From: Candidatus Thalassarchaeaceae archaeon
GTDB lineage: Archaea > Thermoplasmatota > Poseidoniia > Poseidoniales > Thalassarchaeaceae
Assembly: GCA_030747475.1 (NCBI GenBank)
Contig: JASLKO010000180.1
Span: forward strand, 31,631-95,630
Length of the DNA stretch: 64,000 nt
Direction: 5' to 3'
Shown piece after piece: positions 48,476-58,600 of the stretch. Below the pieces are notes generated by a model, which worked only from the letters and a program-made list of their open reading frames with translations, made no database searches and had not been told where the DNA came from. A program made the position numbers and the translations under genes. The stretch's first letter is position 1, and every line of letters begins with the position of its first letter.

Positions 48476-49510
48476 ATGCACCACCTCGTATACCTTGACG
48501 ATTCAGGATCCATGAGTGGCCAGAGACTCGATATGGCAAAGTGGATTTATGAAAATCTGCTGGACCGTATTGACAATGATATTGGTCAAGTGACTCTGTT
48601 TGATCACGAACAGCGCATTGCATTGCCATGGGGCAAGCACAATCGTAGTCGCTGGGATTCAGTAATGTCAGATTGGACTGGTAAGGGTATGACTTACCTT
48701 TGGAAGATGGTCATTGATGACGTCGAGCAGAGGGAAGCCACTGACCTCAACATCGTTATTATCACAGATGGTTACGATAACAAAAGTCCATTCCCATATG
48801 GTGGGAGAAAAGGAATCATCCCTACCGTATTGCGATTACGTCGTGGGGGATACAATGGTGAAATTCACATTGTTGACATCGGTGGTGGAATGAGTAATCC
48901 GGATGTAATGCATGTTTGTCATTGGACTGGTGGAATGTATTACGAGATATCCGGATATGATGACAGTGCCAAAGATCAGTTCATTCAAGAATTCTTAGTA
49001 GATTTCATTGATGAAGGCCAAGATTCTCTCCTAAGAAAACAAAATCGTATAAAACGACAAAAAAGAGTTCCTAAGGGATTCAGACTTCCCAAGATGCCAA
49101 TCCTTGATGATACAATATTGGATAGGGCAATCAGGTGGGATGTAGTATATCAAAATGCATTGATTACATCACCACTCCCAGGTGTTACACCATTGAGGGG
49201 TCGCACAAAACCAAGGGATTGGGGTACCGCAATTCGGATGTCAGAGAAGGTGATAGGTGGATACAGATACATCTACGTTACCACAGAAGGTCCATATCAT
49301 CACTCAGATGAGAGAAATGAGTTACGGAGACGTCTTCTAGAACTCGTCGTCAATGAAGAAAATGAAGCCATTAAAAATGGGCACAGGCTCTGTTTGATTT
49401 TTGAAGAGAAGGACGATGCACAACGAATGTGCGGTGGCGGCTCAAACAATTTGAAGAATCTTGGAATTGTCATTAATCGTTCAAAACACATTGAGGTACT
49501 ACATAATTAG
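48476..49510 (+). CDS. von Willebrand factor type A (vWA) domain protein, 344 aa
   Basis: MIDAS DxSxS motif VYLDDSGSMSG at the N-terminus; ...LNIVIITDGYDN (MIDAS Thr/Asp region). The C-terminal roughly 150 aa are unassigned. SD-like GGGGGG 8 nt upstream. Confidence 0.7.
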   Translation: MHHLVYLDDSGSMSGQRLDMAKWIYENLLDRIDNDIGQVTLFDHEQRIALPWGKHNRSRWDSVMSDWTGKGMTYLWKMVIDDVEQREATDLNIVIITDGYDNKSPFPYGGRKGIIPTVLRLRRGGYNGEIHIVDIGGGMSNPDVMHVCHWTGGMYYEISGYDDSAKDQFIQEFLVDFIDEGQDSLLRKQNRIKRQKRVPKGFRLPKMPILDDTILDRAIRWDVVYQNALITSPLPGVTPLRGRTKPRDWGTAIRMSEKVIGGYRYIYVTTEGPYHHSDERNELRRRLLELVVNEENEAIKNGHRLCLIFEEKDDAQRMCGGGSNNLKNLGIVINRSKHIEVLHN

Positions 49511-49520
49511 GGGTGAAAAA

Positions 49521-50006
49521 ATGAATAGAGATTATGAATATGAAATGATGCCTAAGAAAATTTGTAACTTACAACCATTCAATATTCCACCCAATCCAAC
49601 TGGTGGATATGGTGGTTTCAATCCATTCCCTGAACCCAAGGAATTCCCTCCAACTGAATCTTACAATTCGATTCCATCCGATACTGAGGGAACTTGTGAA
49701 GAGACCTTGGTCATTTATGTTGAACAATTAGACAGCTCTAATTTCCCAGAGAATCAATATCTCTGTGAGTTTTGGGACCGTGCAGGAATTGAACCAAATG
49801 ATGATGATAGGAATCGCAGAACTCCACAACAATTAGAATTGATAGCACTATTTTGTGCACTTGCCTCATTCCAAAATTGTAGACATAAGAAGATCATCTT
49901 CGTTGTCAATCAATACAGATACAACTCAATGATTGATTGTGTGGAAGGCTTTATCCAGATCTACTCTGAGTTACAGGAGGTAGATATTCAGATTAAGGCT
50001 GTATGA
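49521..50006 (+). CDS. Hypothetical protein (161 aa), Pro/Gly-rich N-terminus, Cys-containing C-terminal half
   Basis: ORF with SD-like GGGGTGA 8 nt upstream of ATG 49521; no motif recognised. Confidence 0.45.
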   Translation: MNRDYEYEMMPKKICNLQPFNIPPNPTGGYGGFNPFPEPKEFPPTESYNSIPSDTEGTCEETLVIYVEQLDSSNFPENQYLCEFWDRAGIEPNDDDRNRRTPQQLELIALFCALASFQNCRHKKIIFVVNQYRYNSMIDCVEGFIQIYSELQEVDIQIKAV

Positions 50007-50354
50007 TTCGGTTTACACTTGGGAATGATGAGGTATTTGGTCACATTGTTCAAATAGGACCTCACCTTAGTCGTGGACAGAGGGAACACAGGGTTCTCTA
50101 AGACCGAACTGTAGCTGAACTGGCTTGATTGGAGGCATAAACAAAGGACTGCGAGGCGATGTGGCAAACGGGCGAGACCCGTTGAAGTGCGGAAAACACT
50201 CCACATCTCCCGCGATAATTAGCGATAAGCCCCAGCGTCAGCATTCAAACCCACAAGAACTCCTGGAGATCGAGGTCCCTTTCGAGGGAATCGTCCTAGA
50301 AAGAGAGAACGGTGGGTTCTCTGAAATGATTTACAAAATGGAAGTGAAAACGAA

Positions 50355-52034
50355 ATGAATAATCGAAAGAACCTGAGCATGATAGTTGCATTGTTCCTCG
50401 TCCTGATGACGGCATCGACCGTTGTCAGTGGTGACGGTACTGACCCTCTCGACCCGTCTGACGGCGGCGCCGATTGGGATGGTGACGGATTAACCAACGC
50501 CGAAGAACAATCGCACGGAACGGATATGACAAAAGCAGACTCTGATGGAGATGGCTTACCCGATGGATGGGAAGTGGCCCACGGCCTCAACCCAAACAAC
50601 GGTGGCGATGCCAACAGCGACGCTGACAACGATGGCCTAACAGCCGCCCAAGAGTACGCACAAGGGACCAACCCTAACAGTGCGGACACTGATGGCGACG
50701 GTCGTCCAGACAGTTCTGATCCTTTCCCTAATGACCCAAATGATGGTGAATACTCGGATTCGGACGGCGACGGCATCCCCGACGCCTATGATCCAGATTA
50801 CCAAGACGCTGAGACTGGCAGCGGAGACGGCGGCACCCAAGGTGGCGGCGAATCCAACGACCAAGGACAGGGTCAAGGTCAAGACCAAGGCCAAGGCCAA
50901 GGTCAGGGACAAGGACAAGGACAAGGCCAAGGTCAAGGCCAAGGTCAGGGCCAAGGTCAAGGCCAAGGTCAGGGCCAAGGTCAAGGCCAAGGTCAAGGCC
51001 AAGGTCAGGGCCAAGGTCAAGGCCAAGGTCAGCAGGGCCAGCAAGGTCAGCAAGGCCAGCAAGGTCAGCAGGGCCAGCAAGGTCAGCAAGGACAGCAAGG
51101 ACAGCAGGGACAAGGCTCCCAGCAAGGTCAGCAGTCCGGCCAAGAAGGTCAGCAAGGCCAGCAAGGTCAGCAAGGCCAGCAAGGTCAGCAAGGCCAGCAA
51201 GGTCAGCAAGGCCAGCAAGGTCAACAGCAGGACAATGGTCAAGGTCAACAACAGCAGGGTGGCGAACAAGGTGCCCAGCAAGGTGGACAAGATCAGCAGA
51301 ACCAGAATGGTGACAACCAGAATGGTCAGGACCAGCAAGACACCGGCCAGACCCAAAACGGTCAGCAAGGCCAGCAAGGCCAGCAATCGGACCAGCAACA
51401 AGGTCAGCAGCTCGATAACCAGGAGCAAAACGGCGACAACGACAACGACGGAGATGGTATCCCAGACGACGTGGATAACGACGACGACAATGATGGCATC
51501 CCAGACAACGTTGATAGCATGCCTGAGGACCACGATAACGACGGCTTAGACGACGCTGAAGATAGCGACGACGATGGCGACGGAATCGATGACCGCGAAG
51601 AAGTGAACGACGGTGACCCTAATACGGACATCTACGATCACGACAACGACGGTGTATCGGATAACGTGGACCTAGACATCGATAACGACGGTATCGACAA
51701 CCTCAATGACAAGGGCCCTAACGGAGAAGATTACTCCAGGGACCACGACAATGATGGTATGGATGATGCTGTAGATCCGGACGACGACAACGACGAGATT
51801 CTCGACGTTGACGAGTTCGACGGTGTTACAGGAAGCTGGCGCTATGACCACGACAACGATGGTCTCGAAGACAAGACGGACACGGACGACGATAACGACG
51901 GACTATCCGACTGGTTTGAGAACAACGATGGAAATGATGCAACCGGACAATACGACCACGACAACGACGGCGTCGATGATCATCTCGACGACGACGATGA
52001 CGGGGACGGTATCCTCGATGATCTCGAGGTTTGA
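50355..52034 (+). CDS. Secreted Ca-binding protein: signal peptide, TSP3-type DxDxDG repeats flanking a roughly 125-aa (GQ)n/(QGQ)n low-complexity core, no membrane anchor
   Basis: Signal MNNRKNLSMIVALFLVLMTASTVVSG. DSDGDGLPDGWE, DTDGDGRPD, DNDGDGIPDDVDNDDDNDGIPD... Centre GQGQGQDQGQGQ...QGQQGQQGQQ. Confidence 0.75.
   Translation: MNNRKNLSMIVALFLVLMTASTVVSGDGTDPLDPSDGGADWDGDGLTNAEEQSHGTDMTKADSDGDGLPDGWEVAHGLNPNNGGDANSDADNDGLTAAQEYAQGTNPNSADTDGDGRPDSSDPFPNDPNDGEYSDSDGDGIPDAYDPDYQDAETGSGDGGTQGGGESNDQGQGQGQDQGQGQGQGQGQGQGQGQGQGQGQGQGQGQGQGQGQGQGQGQGQGQGQGQQGQQGQQGQQGQQGQQGQQGQQGQQGQGSQQGQQSGQEGQQGQQGQQGQQGQQGQQGQQGQQGQQQDNGQGQQQQGGEQGAQQGGQDQQNQNGDNQNGQDQQDTGQTQNGQQGQQGQQSDQQQGQQLDNQEQNGDNDNDGDGIPDDVDNDDDNDGIPDNVDSMPEDHDNDGLDDAEDSDDDGDGIDDREEVNDGDPNTDIYDHDNDGVSDNVDLDIDNDGIDNLNDKGPNGEDYSRDHDNDGMDDAVDPDDDNDEILDVDEFDGVTGSWRYDHDNDGLEDKTDTDDDNDGLSDWFENNDGNDATGQYDHDNDGVDDHLDDDDDGDGILDDLEV
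50874..51235 (+). repeat. Hexanucleotide microsatellite-like tandem array (ggccaa/ggtcag/ggtcaa units, then cagcaaggc units) encoding (GQ)n and (QQG)n
   Basis: Read directly. Both complementary-strand ORFs 50637..51533 and 50680..51549 are low-complexity artefacts of this array. Confidence 0.9.
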
Positions 52035-52207
52035 TTGCCCAAGCATCTGACATAAGTGGACAAACCACTCCTTCAGAGACTGTCTAGAGCAGTCGTCCTG
52101 GCCCACCCGGTCGTTCTTCGGAATCTCAGGGTGTGGCCGAAACCCCCTTTTTAACAGCAACCTTTGATGAATGGCCTATGGGTCAGAGACATGAGGGATG
52201 AATCGCC

Positions 52208-53200
52208 ATGACCATTGACCCGACAACAATCGGCCTCGGTTTGGGCGGAGTAATCATTGCATTACTCCTCCTTCGTTTCATCTTCGGAAAGAAGAAATTG
52301 AATGCCATGGCAACAGAAGTAACCAAGATTCGAGATAGCGACCATATTCCCGAACCGGTCGAAGTTCCTTCTTCGGATCCATCTGCTACTGCACCTGAAG
52401 GGGTTGGTGTTACCAGGACTCTTTCAATGAGAGAACGAATACTGTTGCACCTTCGTTATGTGGCAACTGTAGAAGATCCGTCTTCTCCCCCAGTAGTTCA
52501 AGCCGTTGCATCGGTTGTTGACGGTGAAGTAAAAACACTATGCGATGCGTTACAATTGCTTCAAACATCTGGTGAAATTAGAAATGAAGGAGTTCCCGGG
52601 TCCTCTTTTTCATTGACCTCTTCTGGAAGAGAAAGGGCCAATGTTGTCCACGGAGATTACATGGCATCTACAGTTACTATTGATGAAGAAGAAGTCGTTG
52701 TGGGGAATGCTGTTGGATTTGATGGATTTCCATTGATTGGCCCCCATATTCATGACCAATTTGGTCAAGCAACAGGCGGCCCATTATCCATTTTAGTTCG
52801 TTCTTTATCGATTAGTTTCGAGGACGGTGAAATGTCTTTAGATGAACGAAGGATGATTGAAAATTTAGCCGAAGAACTTTCCATATCAAATGACGAAGCG
52901 AAAGACATTGAATCGTATGTTAAGGCTGCAATGGGAGGCAAGACAGTTTCAGAACCAATTGAAGAGTTGGATGTTGAAATCCCTGAAGCTCCCGAACTCC
53001 CTGAAATCATGACAGAACCTGAGCCTGAGCCTGAACCTGAGCCTGAACCTGAGCCTGAGCCTGAACCTGAGCCTGAACCTGAGCCTGAACCAAGTCCACC
53101 CGCCCCCCCTCCAGAACCGGTAATGAGTATGCAAGATCGATATGGTCAGATTGCTGATGAAGACGACTCCCGCCCCGATAAGATGCATCGTAAGTTTTGA
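52208..53200 (+). CDS. N-terminally membrane-anchored protein with a TerB-like motif and a C-terminal (EP)16 rigid Pro-rich spacer
   Basis: TM IGLGLGGVIIALLLLRFIFG. SISFEDGEMSLDERRMIENLAEELSISNDEAKDIE matches the TerB-like repeat hhxxDGxhsxxExxxIxxLAxxLxIS. EPEPEP... then SPPAPPPEP. Confidence 0.6.
   Translation: MTIDPTTIGLGLGGVIIALLLLRFIFGKKKLNAMATEVTKIRDSDHIPEPVEVPSSDPSATAPEGVGVTRTLSMRERILLHLRYVATVEDPSSPPVVQAVASVVDGEVKTLCDALQLLQTSGEIRNEGVPGSSFSLTSSGRERANVVHGDYMASTVTIDEEEVVVGNAVGFDGFPLIGPHIHDQFGQATGGPLSILVRSLSISFEDGEMSLDERRMIENLAEELSISNDEAKDIESYVKAAMGGKTVSEPIEELDVEIPEAPELPEIMTEPEPEPEPEPEPEPEPEPEPEPEPEPSPPAPPPEPVMSMQDRYGQIADEDDSRPDKMHRKF
53006..53083 (+). repeat. gaacct/gagcct hexamer tandem repeat encoding (EP)n
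   Basis: Read directly. Confidence 0.9.
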
Positions 53201-53297
53201 GGCCATTAGAAGCACATTACCTCGATTTCATCGACATCGATATTAAAGCGTGAACGTCTACGGAGGTTTGACGATATCCCAGCGGATGCCTCGAGAG

Positions 53298-53516
53298 ATG
53301 ATTAGAATGAAGGCTACACCATATGTGATGGCCTTTTTTGGTCTCGTGCTAATTGTGTTGGGAATACGTGAAGAATCGATGGACGTCGGGCAAATTTTAC
53401 TCGGTCTCCTTCAGATGGTTGTTGGGATTTTGATGACTGGATTAATCCCATTGCCGTTTCTGAACAAGTTGGTCGTCCAAGAAGAGGAACATGAGGATCC
53501 TCACAAAAAGTTTTGA
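53298..53516 (+). CDS. Small two-helix membrane protein, hypothetical (about 72 aa; start uncertain between 53250 GTG and 53307 ATG)
   Basis: MIRMKATPYVMAFFGLVLIVLGI ... ILMTGLIPLPFL hydrophobic helices. Sits directly upstream of the 686-aa ORF. Confidence 0.35.
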   Translation: MIRMKATPYVMAFFGLVLIVLGIREESMDVGQILLGLLQMVVGILMTGLIPLPFLNKLVVQEEEHEDPHKKF

Positions 53517-53530
53517 GAGAGTGATAGAAA

Positions 53531-55591
53531 ATGTGGGAACACCGTTCGATTTCAGATGAATACCTTCGCCAACATAGGCGAATTCAGGCGACAGAAACAT
53601 ATGTTGAGCTTATGGGGCAAGTTGAACGCGCCGTTGCATCACCACAATCCTATGCCTTTGATGACGAAGATTTCTTGCAATATATTCCTCGTTCTGGTCC
53701 TTGGGCCCCTCAGATGGATTCTGATATGACGGTCGAAGACCCTCGACGCCGATACATCGGAAAGGGAAGTCCGAAGTTTCTGAACACCAACATCATTCTT
53801 GGTTCCAGTTGGATTGAATCTGAAAGATTCCGATTTGAGCGTGATTTGGATACCATGGCTGACTGGATTAAGCAGAAGACAATTTTGCAGGCCAACATGT
53901 GGACACCATCTTCAGTAGTTACAACTCAAACCCTTGTGTTCTGTTCTACTGGCGATGAGGAGAGAATGGGTAGTGCACTTCAGGTACGAAACGATCCAAC
54001 AGATTTCGATATTCCATCTGACAGCCACATGTTCCTTGGGGTTACAGATGATGGTTTCCCAGAATGGGAACCACTTGTATGGGGGCTAGGCCATCGTGGC
54101 GTAGTTCCTGGTTCAGATCCCCAAGAACGCGTTTACTACCCCTCTCTAATGCATAGGAACGTGACATACAACAACAGGTTGGGATGGATTCGTTACTCTC
54201 CAGCTGGATTTGGAAAGGATGCCAATGGTTACCTAATGACTCGTCCATTCGATTGGATTTGGAATGCAGTCAATGGGAATCGTGAAACGCCCTCTGCATT
54301 CAATTTGCTAGTCAACATGCCTGACAGAAGAGATTCCTTTGGTGAAGAGGGAATTACAGATATTTTCCTTACATCAGGAAAGACCTCGTTGTATACCATG
54401 ATGGGCATGATGAATTCAGCAACAGTTCGACAGATGTTTGGCGCAGGCTCAGACTTGGTGCCATTAGAAATGCACATTGTAGAACCTGGTTTGGACGAGT
54501 GGATACAGAAGGCAAGTGACGAAGACCGTTACGGCAGAATCTTCGAGTATACTGCGACTCTTGGTTACCTCATCACGGATCCAAATATCGGGACATTGGG
54601 AGAAGGCGCTGGCCGTCGCCGTCTACTTGTTTACCCACAGGATCAGGCAAACCTCCTCACCAATGTGAGTGCAAGTCAAGTTGCCGATCACGCTCTCAAG
54701 GGCAATTATCAAGCAACCGTGTACACGAAACTGGACCAGGCAGATTTCCAAAACCGAGTCACACGTAGAATGAGTCAATACGCTGACCTAATCACTCCTA
54801 GTTCCAAGGCACGAGGACAAAGATGGATTTCTCAAGCAAACTGGGGAGGAGAAGATGGAGTTCAACAGGGCCCAACAGTTCACTCTCTATTGGCAGTGCG
54901 TGGATACGAAGTCCTTCAGATGGAAGAATATCAAGCAACCTTCAACGAAGTTAGTGCGGCCCCTCAGCGCTTGATGAACAGACTGATTCAGTCTGTTGCA
55001 ACAAATGCCCTCAAGACAGTCTATCCATTGGATTTAATCACGGACCAATCAGGAGATGGAGCCCCATACCAGAAGTTATTCTCTCCACTAAATTCGGATG
55101 AACCATTGGTTTACTACACCGATATTCGTTTCCTTGTCCCAACATCAATCGATAAGCTAAGGATGCTGACTGGGCAACGTGGGGCAGATCGTGGAAAACT
55201 ACGAGATGCATTCACAGAGTTGACCGGAGCAGATCCAGTAACTGGACTCTCAGTTCTAGACCTATGCATGCCATTCCTAGCTGATATGGGTGCAGGATCG
55301 TGGCAACAAGGTACAGGAGTCAAAGAAAATGAAGTGGTTGTAGAAGTCACTTGTGCAGTAAATCCGAATGCAGTTTGGAAGAACCTTCTAGCACCGACCT
55401 TCAACGATGTTTTCCAACTACCTAAGGGCAAGAATGGTACTGCAGCAAATATCTGGGGAGATGTTTTGATGGAAAATTCACAACTTCAAGAGAAAATGGA
55501 GAAGGACGGAATCGGACATTACTTGCGTCTGTTGAAAATGGTCTATCATTACAGCAACAGAATGTCTAGAAAAAAGAATGATATGAGATAA
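53531..55591 (+). CDS. Orphan 686-aa soluble protein of unknown function
   Basis: Long uninterrupted ORF with no TM, signal, P-loop, HExxH or GxSxG motifs that I can see. Mixed alpha/beta composition. Followed by a T6 run and TATAATAA. Confidence 0.6.
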   Translation: MWEHRSISDEYLRQHRRIQATETYVELMGQVERAVASPQSYAFDDEDFLQYIPRSGPWAPQMDSDMTVEDPRRRYIGKGSPKFLNTNIILGSSWIESERFRFERDLDTMADWIKQKTILQANMWTPSSVVTTQTLVFCSTGDEERMGSALQVRNDPTDFDIPSDSHMFLGVTDDGFPEWEPLVWGLGHRGVVPGSDPQERVYYPSLMHRNVTYNNRLGWIRYSPAGFGKDANGYLMTRPFDWIWNAVNGNRETPSAFNLLVNMPDRRDSFGEEGITDIFLTSGKTSLYTMMGMMNSATVRQMFGAGSDLVPLEMHIVEPGLDEWIQKASDEDRYGRIFEYTATLGYLITDPNIGTLGEGAGRRRLLVYPQDQANLLTNVSASQVADHALKGNYQATVYTKLDQADFQNRVTRRMSQYADLITPSSKARGQRWISQANWGGEDGVQQGPTVHSLLAVRGYEVLQMEEYQATFNEVSAAPQRLMNRLIQSVATNALKTVYPLDLITDQSGDGAPYQKLFSPLNSDEPLVYYTDIRFLVPTSIDKLRMLTGQRGADRGKLRDAFTELTGADPVTGLSVLDLCMPFLADMGAGSWQQGTGVKENEVVVEVTCAVNPNAVWKNLLAPTFNDVFQLPKGKNGTAANIWGDVLMENSQLQEKMEKDGIGHYLRLLKMVYHYSNRMSRKKNDMR

Positions 55592-55635
55592 TTGTATCCA
55601 AGTGTTTTTTCTATAATAAGCAAGACGCTCAATTC

Positions 55636-58600
55636 ATGAGCGTACGCCTTGCACGTAGTCGTAGTATTTTTCTTGCGATTTTGATGGTCACAATGGCCCA
55701 AGTTGGCTATACAATGAATGGCTTCGAAAGTCCAAAAGATTCGACATTGGATTCAATGAATGAATCTGCAGAAGTACCGACAAATAACAACATTCAAAAT
55801 TTGTATGTTGGCGGTGCTCATTCTTGTGTGATCACTGAAGGTGAACTCATGAAGTGTTGGGGAAACAATTCTGCAGGGCAGTTGGGAATTGGTAATTCTG
55901 AAAGTATGGGTGATGAACCGAACGAAATGGGCGCAGACCTCCCATATCTTGACTTAGGAACTGGATTGGTTCCAGAGAGCGCAGCTTTAGGAATGAGCCA
56001 CACATGTATTTTGTTCACAAATAATTCCCTCAAGTGTTTTGGAGACATCGAAGCACTTGGGCTTGGATACACTGACGCCAACGGTGCAGGAGATGGGTAC
56101 CTTGAGACAGGGGATTACTTGCCGTTTTGGCCAGCACCAACTGGGCGAAACGTTTCACTAATTGCAGCAGGTTGGTACCATACTTGCGCAGTTCTTGATG
56201 ATGGTAGCATGACTTGTTGGGGAGAGAACAACCATGGGCAACTCGGCATGGGCAATACAACTGATTTAGGTTTACAATCAGATCAAACAGGTGACTCAAT
56301 TTCTTACGTATCTCTTCCCACAGGCGTCACAATTTCGAATATGGCATTGGGGGCAGATCATACATGTGTGCTTTACGATACTGGAGATGTTGCTTGTTGG
56401 GGTGGCAATGATTTCGGTCAACTTGGAATCGGGAGTACAGAAGATATCCGAGATGAAGCAGCAGAGAGTCTAACCAACATTTCTTTCCCTTCGGGCCGTT
56501 ATGCAATTGATATCACAGCAGGCGAAGGCTTCACTTGTGCATTACTAGACAACAACGAGGCAATTTGTTGGGGGTTGAATGATGTTGGTCAATTGGGCCA
56601 AGGAAATAGCAACAATTACGGTGATTCAGGATCAGAACCAGTGAGTGGACTTTCCACAATCGATCTCCATAGTTCTGCAACAATACGAACAATCGATGCA
56701 GGATATGACCATGTTTGTGTTTCCTTGAACAACAATGCGGTGAAATGTTGGGGTGGAAACCTATTCGGTCATTTGGGAATTGGTATTAGTGGACCCACTG
56801 CTCATCGAGGAGACGATGTAGCAGAGATGGGTTCGAATCTTCCAAGTATAAGCCTTGGTTCAAGCATGAATCCACGGGCAGTTGAGGTCGGAGAAAATTT
56901 CGCTTGCATGTTGAAACAATCTGGAACCATGCCGGTCAAATGTTGGGGCTCATCAGTAAATGGTCGTCTTGGTTATGAGAACACAGAGACACTTGGAGAC
57001 AGTTCGACAGATAACTTAGCGAATATAGTGAATTTTGCATTGGATTCAGAATACGAATCAGTTGATTGTGGCGCTTCACCATTTAATTCTGAAATGCACA
57101 TACTTCCAGCATTCGAACTCGACTCCAACCAGAAGGGAAGAACGTTGGATATTGCCTTCCGTTCAGATGGATGTCCTGGAATTGTATATTCTGATGATAA
57201 TACCGACAATCTTCGATTTGCGATGTACGACAATGGAATTTGGGTCTTTGAATATCCATATTCATCCAATATTGGTAATTCTTCAGCACTTGATGTAAGC
57301 CTTGTTTTTGATGAAAACGATGTCCCTCATATTGCTTGGTCTGACTTTGGTTACGATACTAGTACCGACGACACACATTATGCAACCAAGGCCAATGGTA
57401 AATGGAATCATGTACAACTTGAAAATGGATATCCAGTTACTTATGATACTGAAATAATCCATTTTGGTGATGGTGATTTAGAAATCATTGCATCTCCATT
57501 TACTATGGGATATTTACTTTCTGAATTGTGTTCTGCATCGACTGATTGTTTAGAGTCATCAGATTGGAATTCTCAAACCGTTATAGCTAGTTATGCTTAC
57601 ATGCAAGGACTTGATTCAGACATTGGTCTTAATGGAGATGCTTGGGTCTCTCAAAGTCAATCTAATTACGCTGGTTCTACCAATTCTTTCAATATTGTAT
57701 CAAAGCCAACTGGAGGAAGTTGGAACGGAATATACCCGTCGCTCACCGCCCCCAATTCTACTGGTTCAACAAGTGCTATTTCAGACATTGAAGTCGCCCC
57801 CGATGGAACCGTTCATGCAGTCTATCTTCACGAAGATTATGCCACGGATGGAATCATGTACGTCTCTTGTTCTGGCGGCAGGTCCACTTGTAGTTCCTCA
57901 TCAAATTGGTCATTTATTCATGTTCCATATGTAACCAACAAAACCTTCTCACTAGCTGTCGATTATGACCTTGTTCCACATGTTTTCTTCAACAGTTCAT
58001 CTTCTCTGCAATACACCAAACTTGTTGATGGCTCATGGACAACTCCAGTCGAGATTCTCAATCTAGCAGTCAATGAGGTTCGCGCAGATTTCCACCCCAA
58101 CGGAAAACTTTGGTTGGGCGCTCAACTCACAGCCAATGACAATATTTGGATGATTGAAGGAGCATCATTTGGTGGAAATGGTATGTCAATTGATATCGAT
58201 GGTGATGGTTGGTCTGGAATTGAAGAATACAGATGTGGTTCAGATATGATCAATTCTTCATCTACACCAGCAGATGCAGATTTTGATGGTATTTGCGATG
58301 CTGAGGATGAGATACATGACTTATTCACATACGGAGAATCACGAACCACCAGCGTAGGAGAAGATTTTTCCTGTGGATTAACTGCGCAACCAGACGATGG
58401 GTCAAACAGCAATACTCTGTATTGTTGGGGTAGCAATAGTCATCAACAGTTGGGTAATTATGTTGTTTCGAACAATCCAGTCCTGCAAAGCACCGCATGG
58501 GCAGTACCAGTTCTTGATCTACCTTCATCATGGCATGCAGTAGATGTTGACGTAGGTGCTCGACATGCTTGTGCTATTGGGGTTGATGGCGATGTGTACT

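Noticed and set aside
50637-51549. Two long ORFs (298 aa minus strand, 289 aa plus strand in another frame) overlapping the secreted-protein gene
   Set aside because: Both are low-complexity translations (L/T-rich, K/V/S-rich) of the (ggccaa/ggtcag)n microsatellite. They are artefacts of the repeat; the 50355..52034 frame has the signal peptide and TSP3 motifs.
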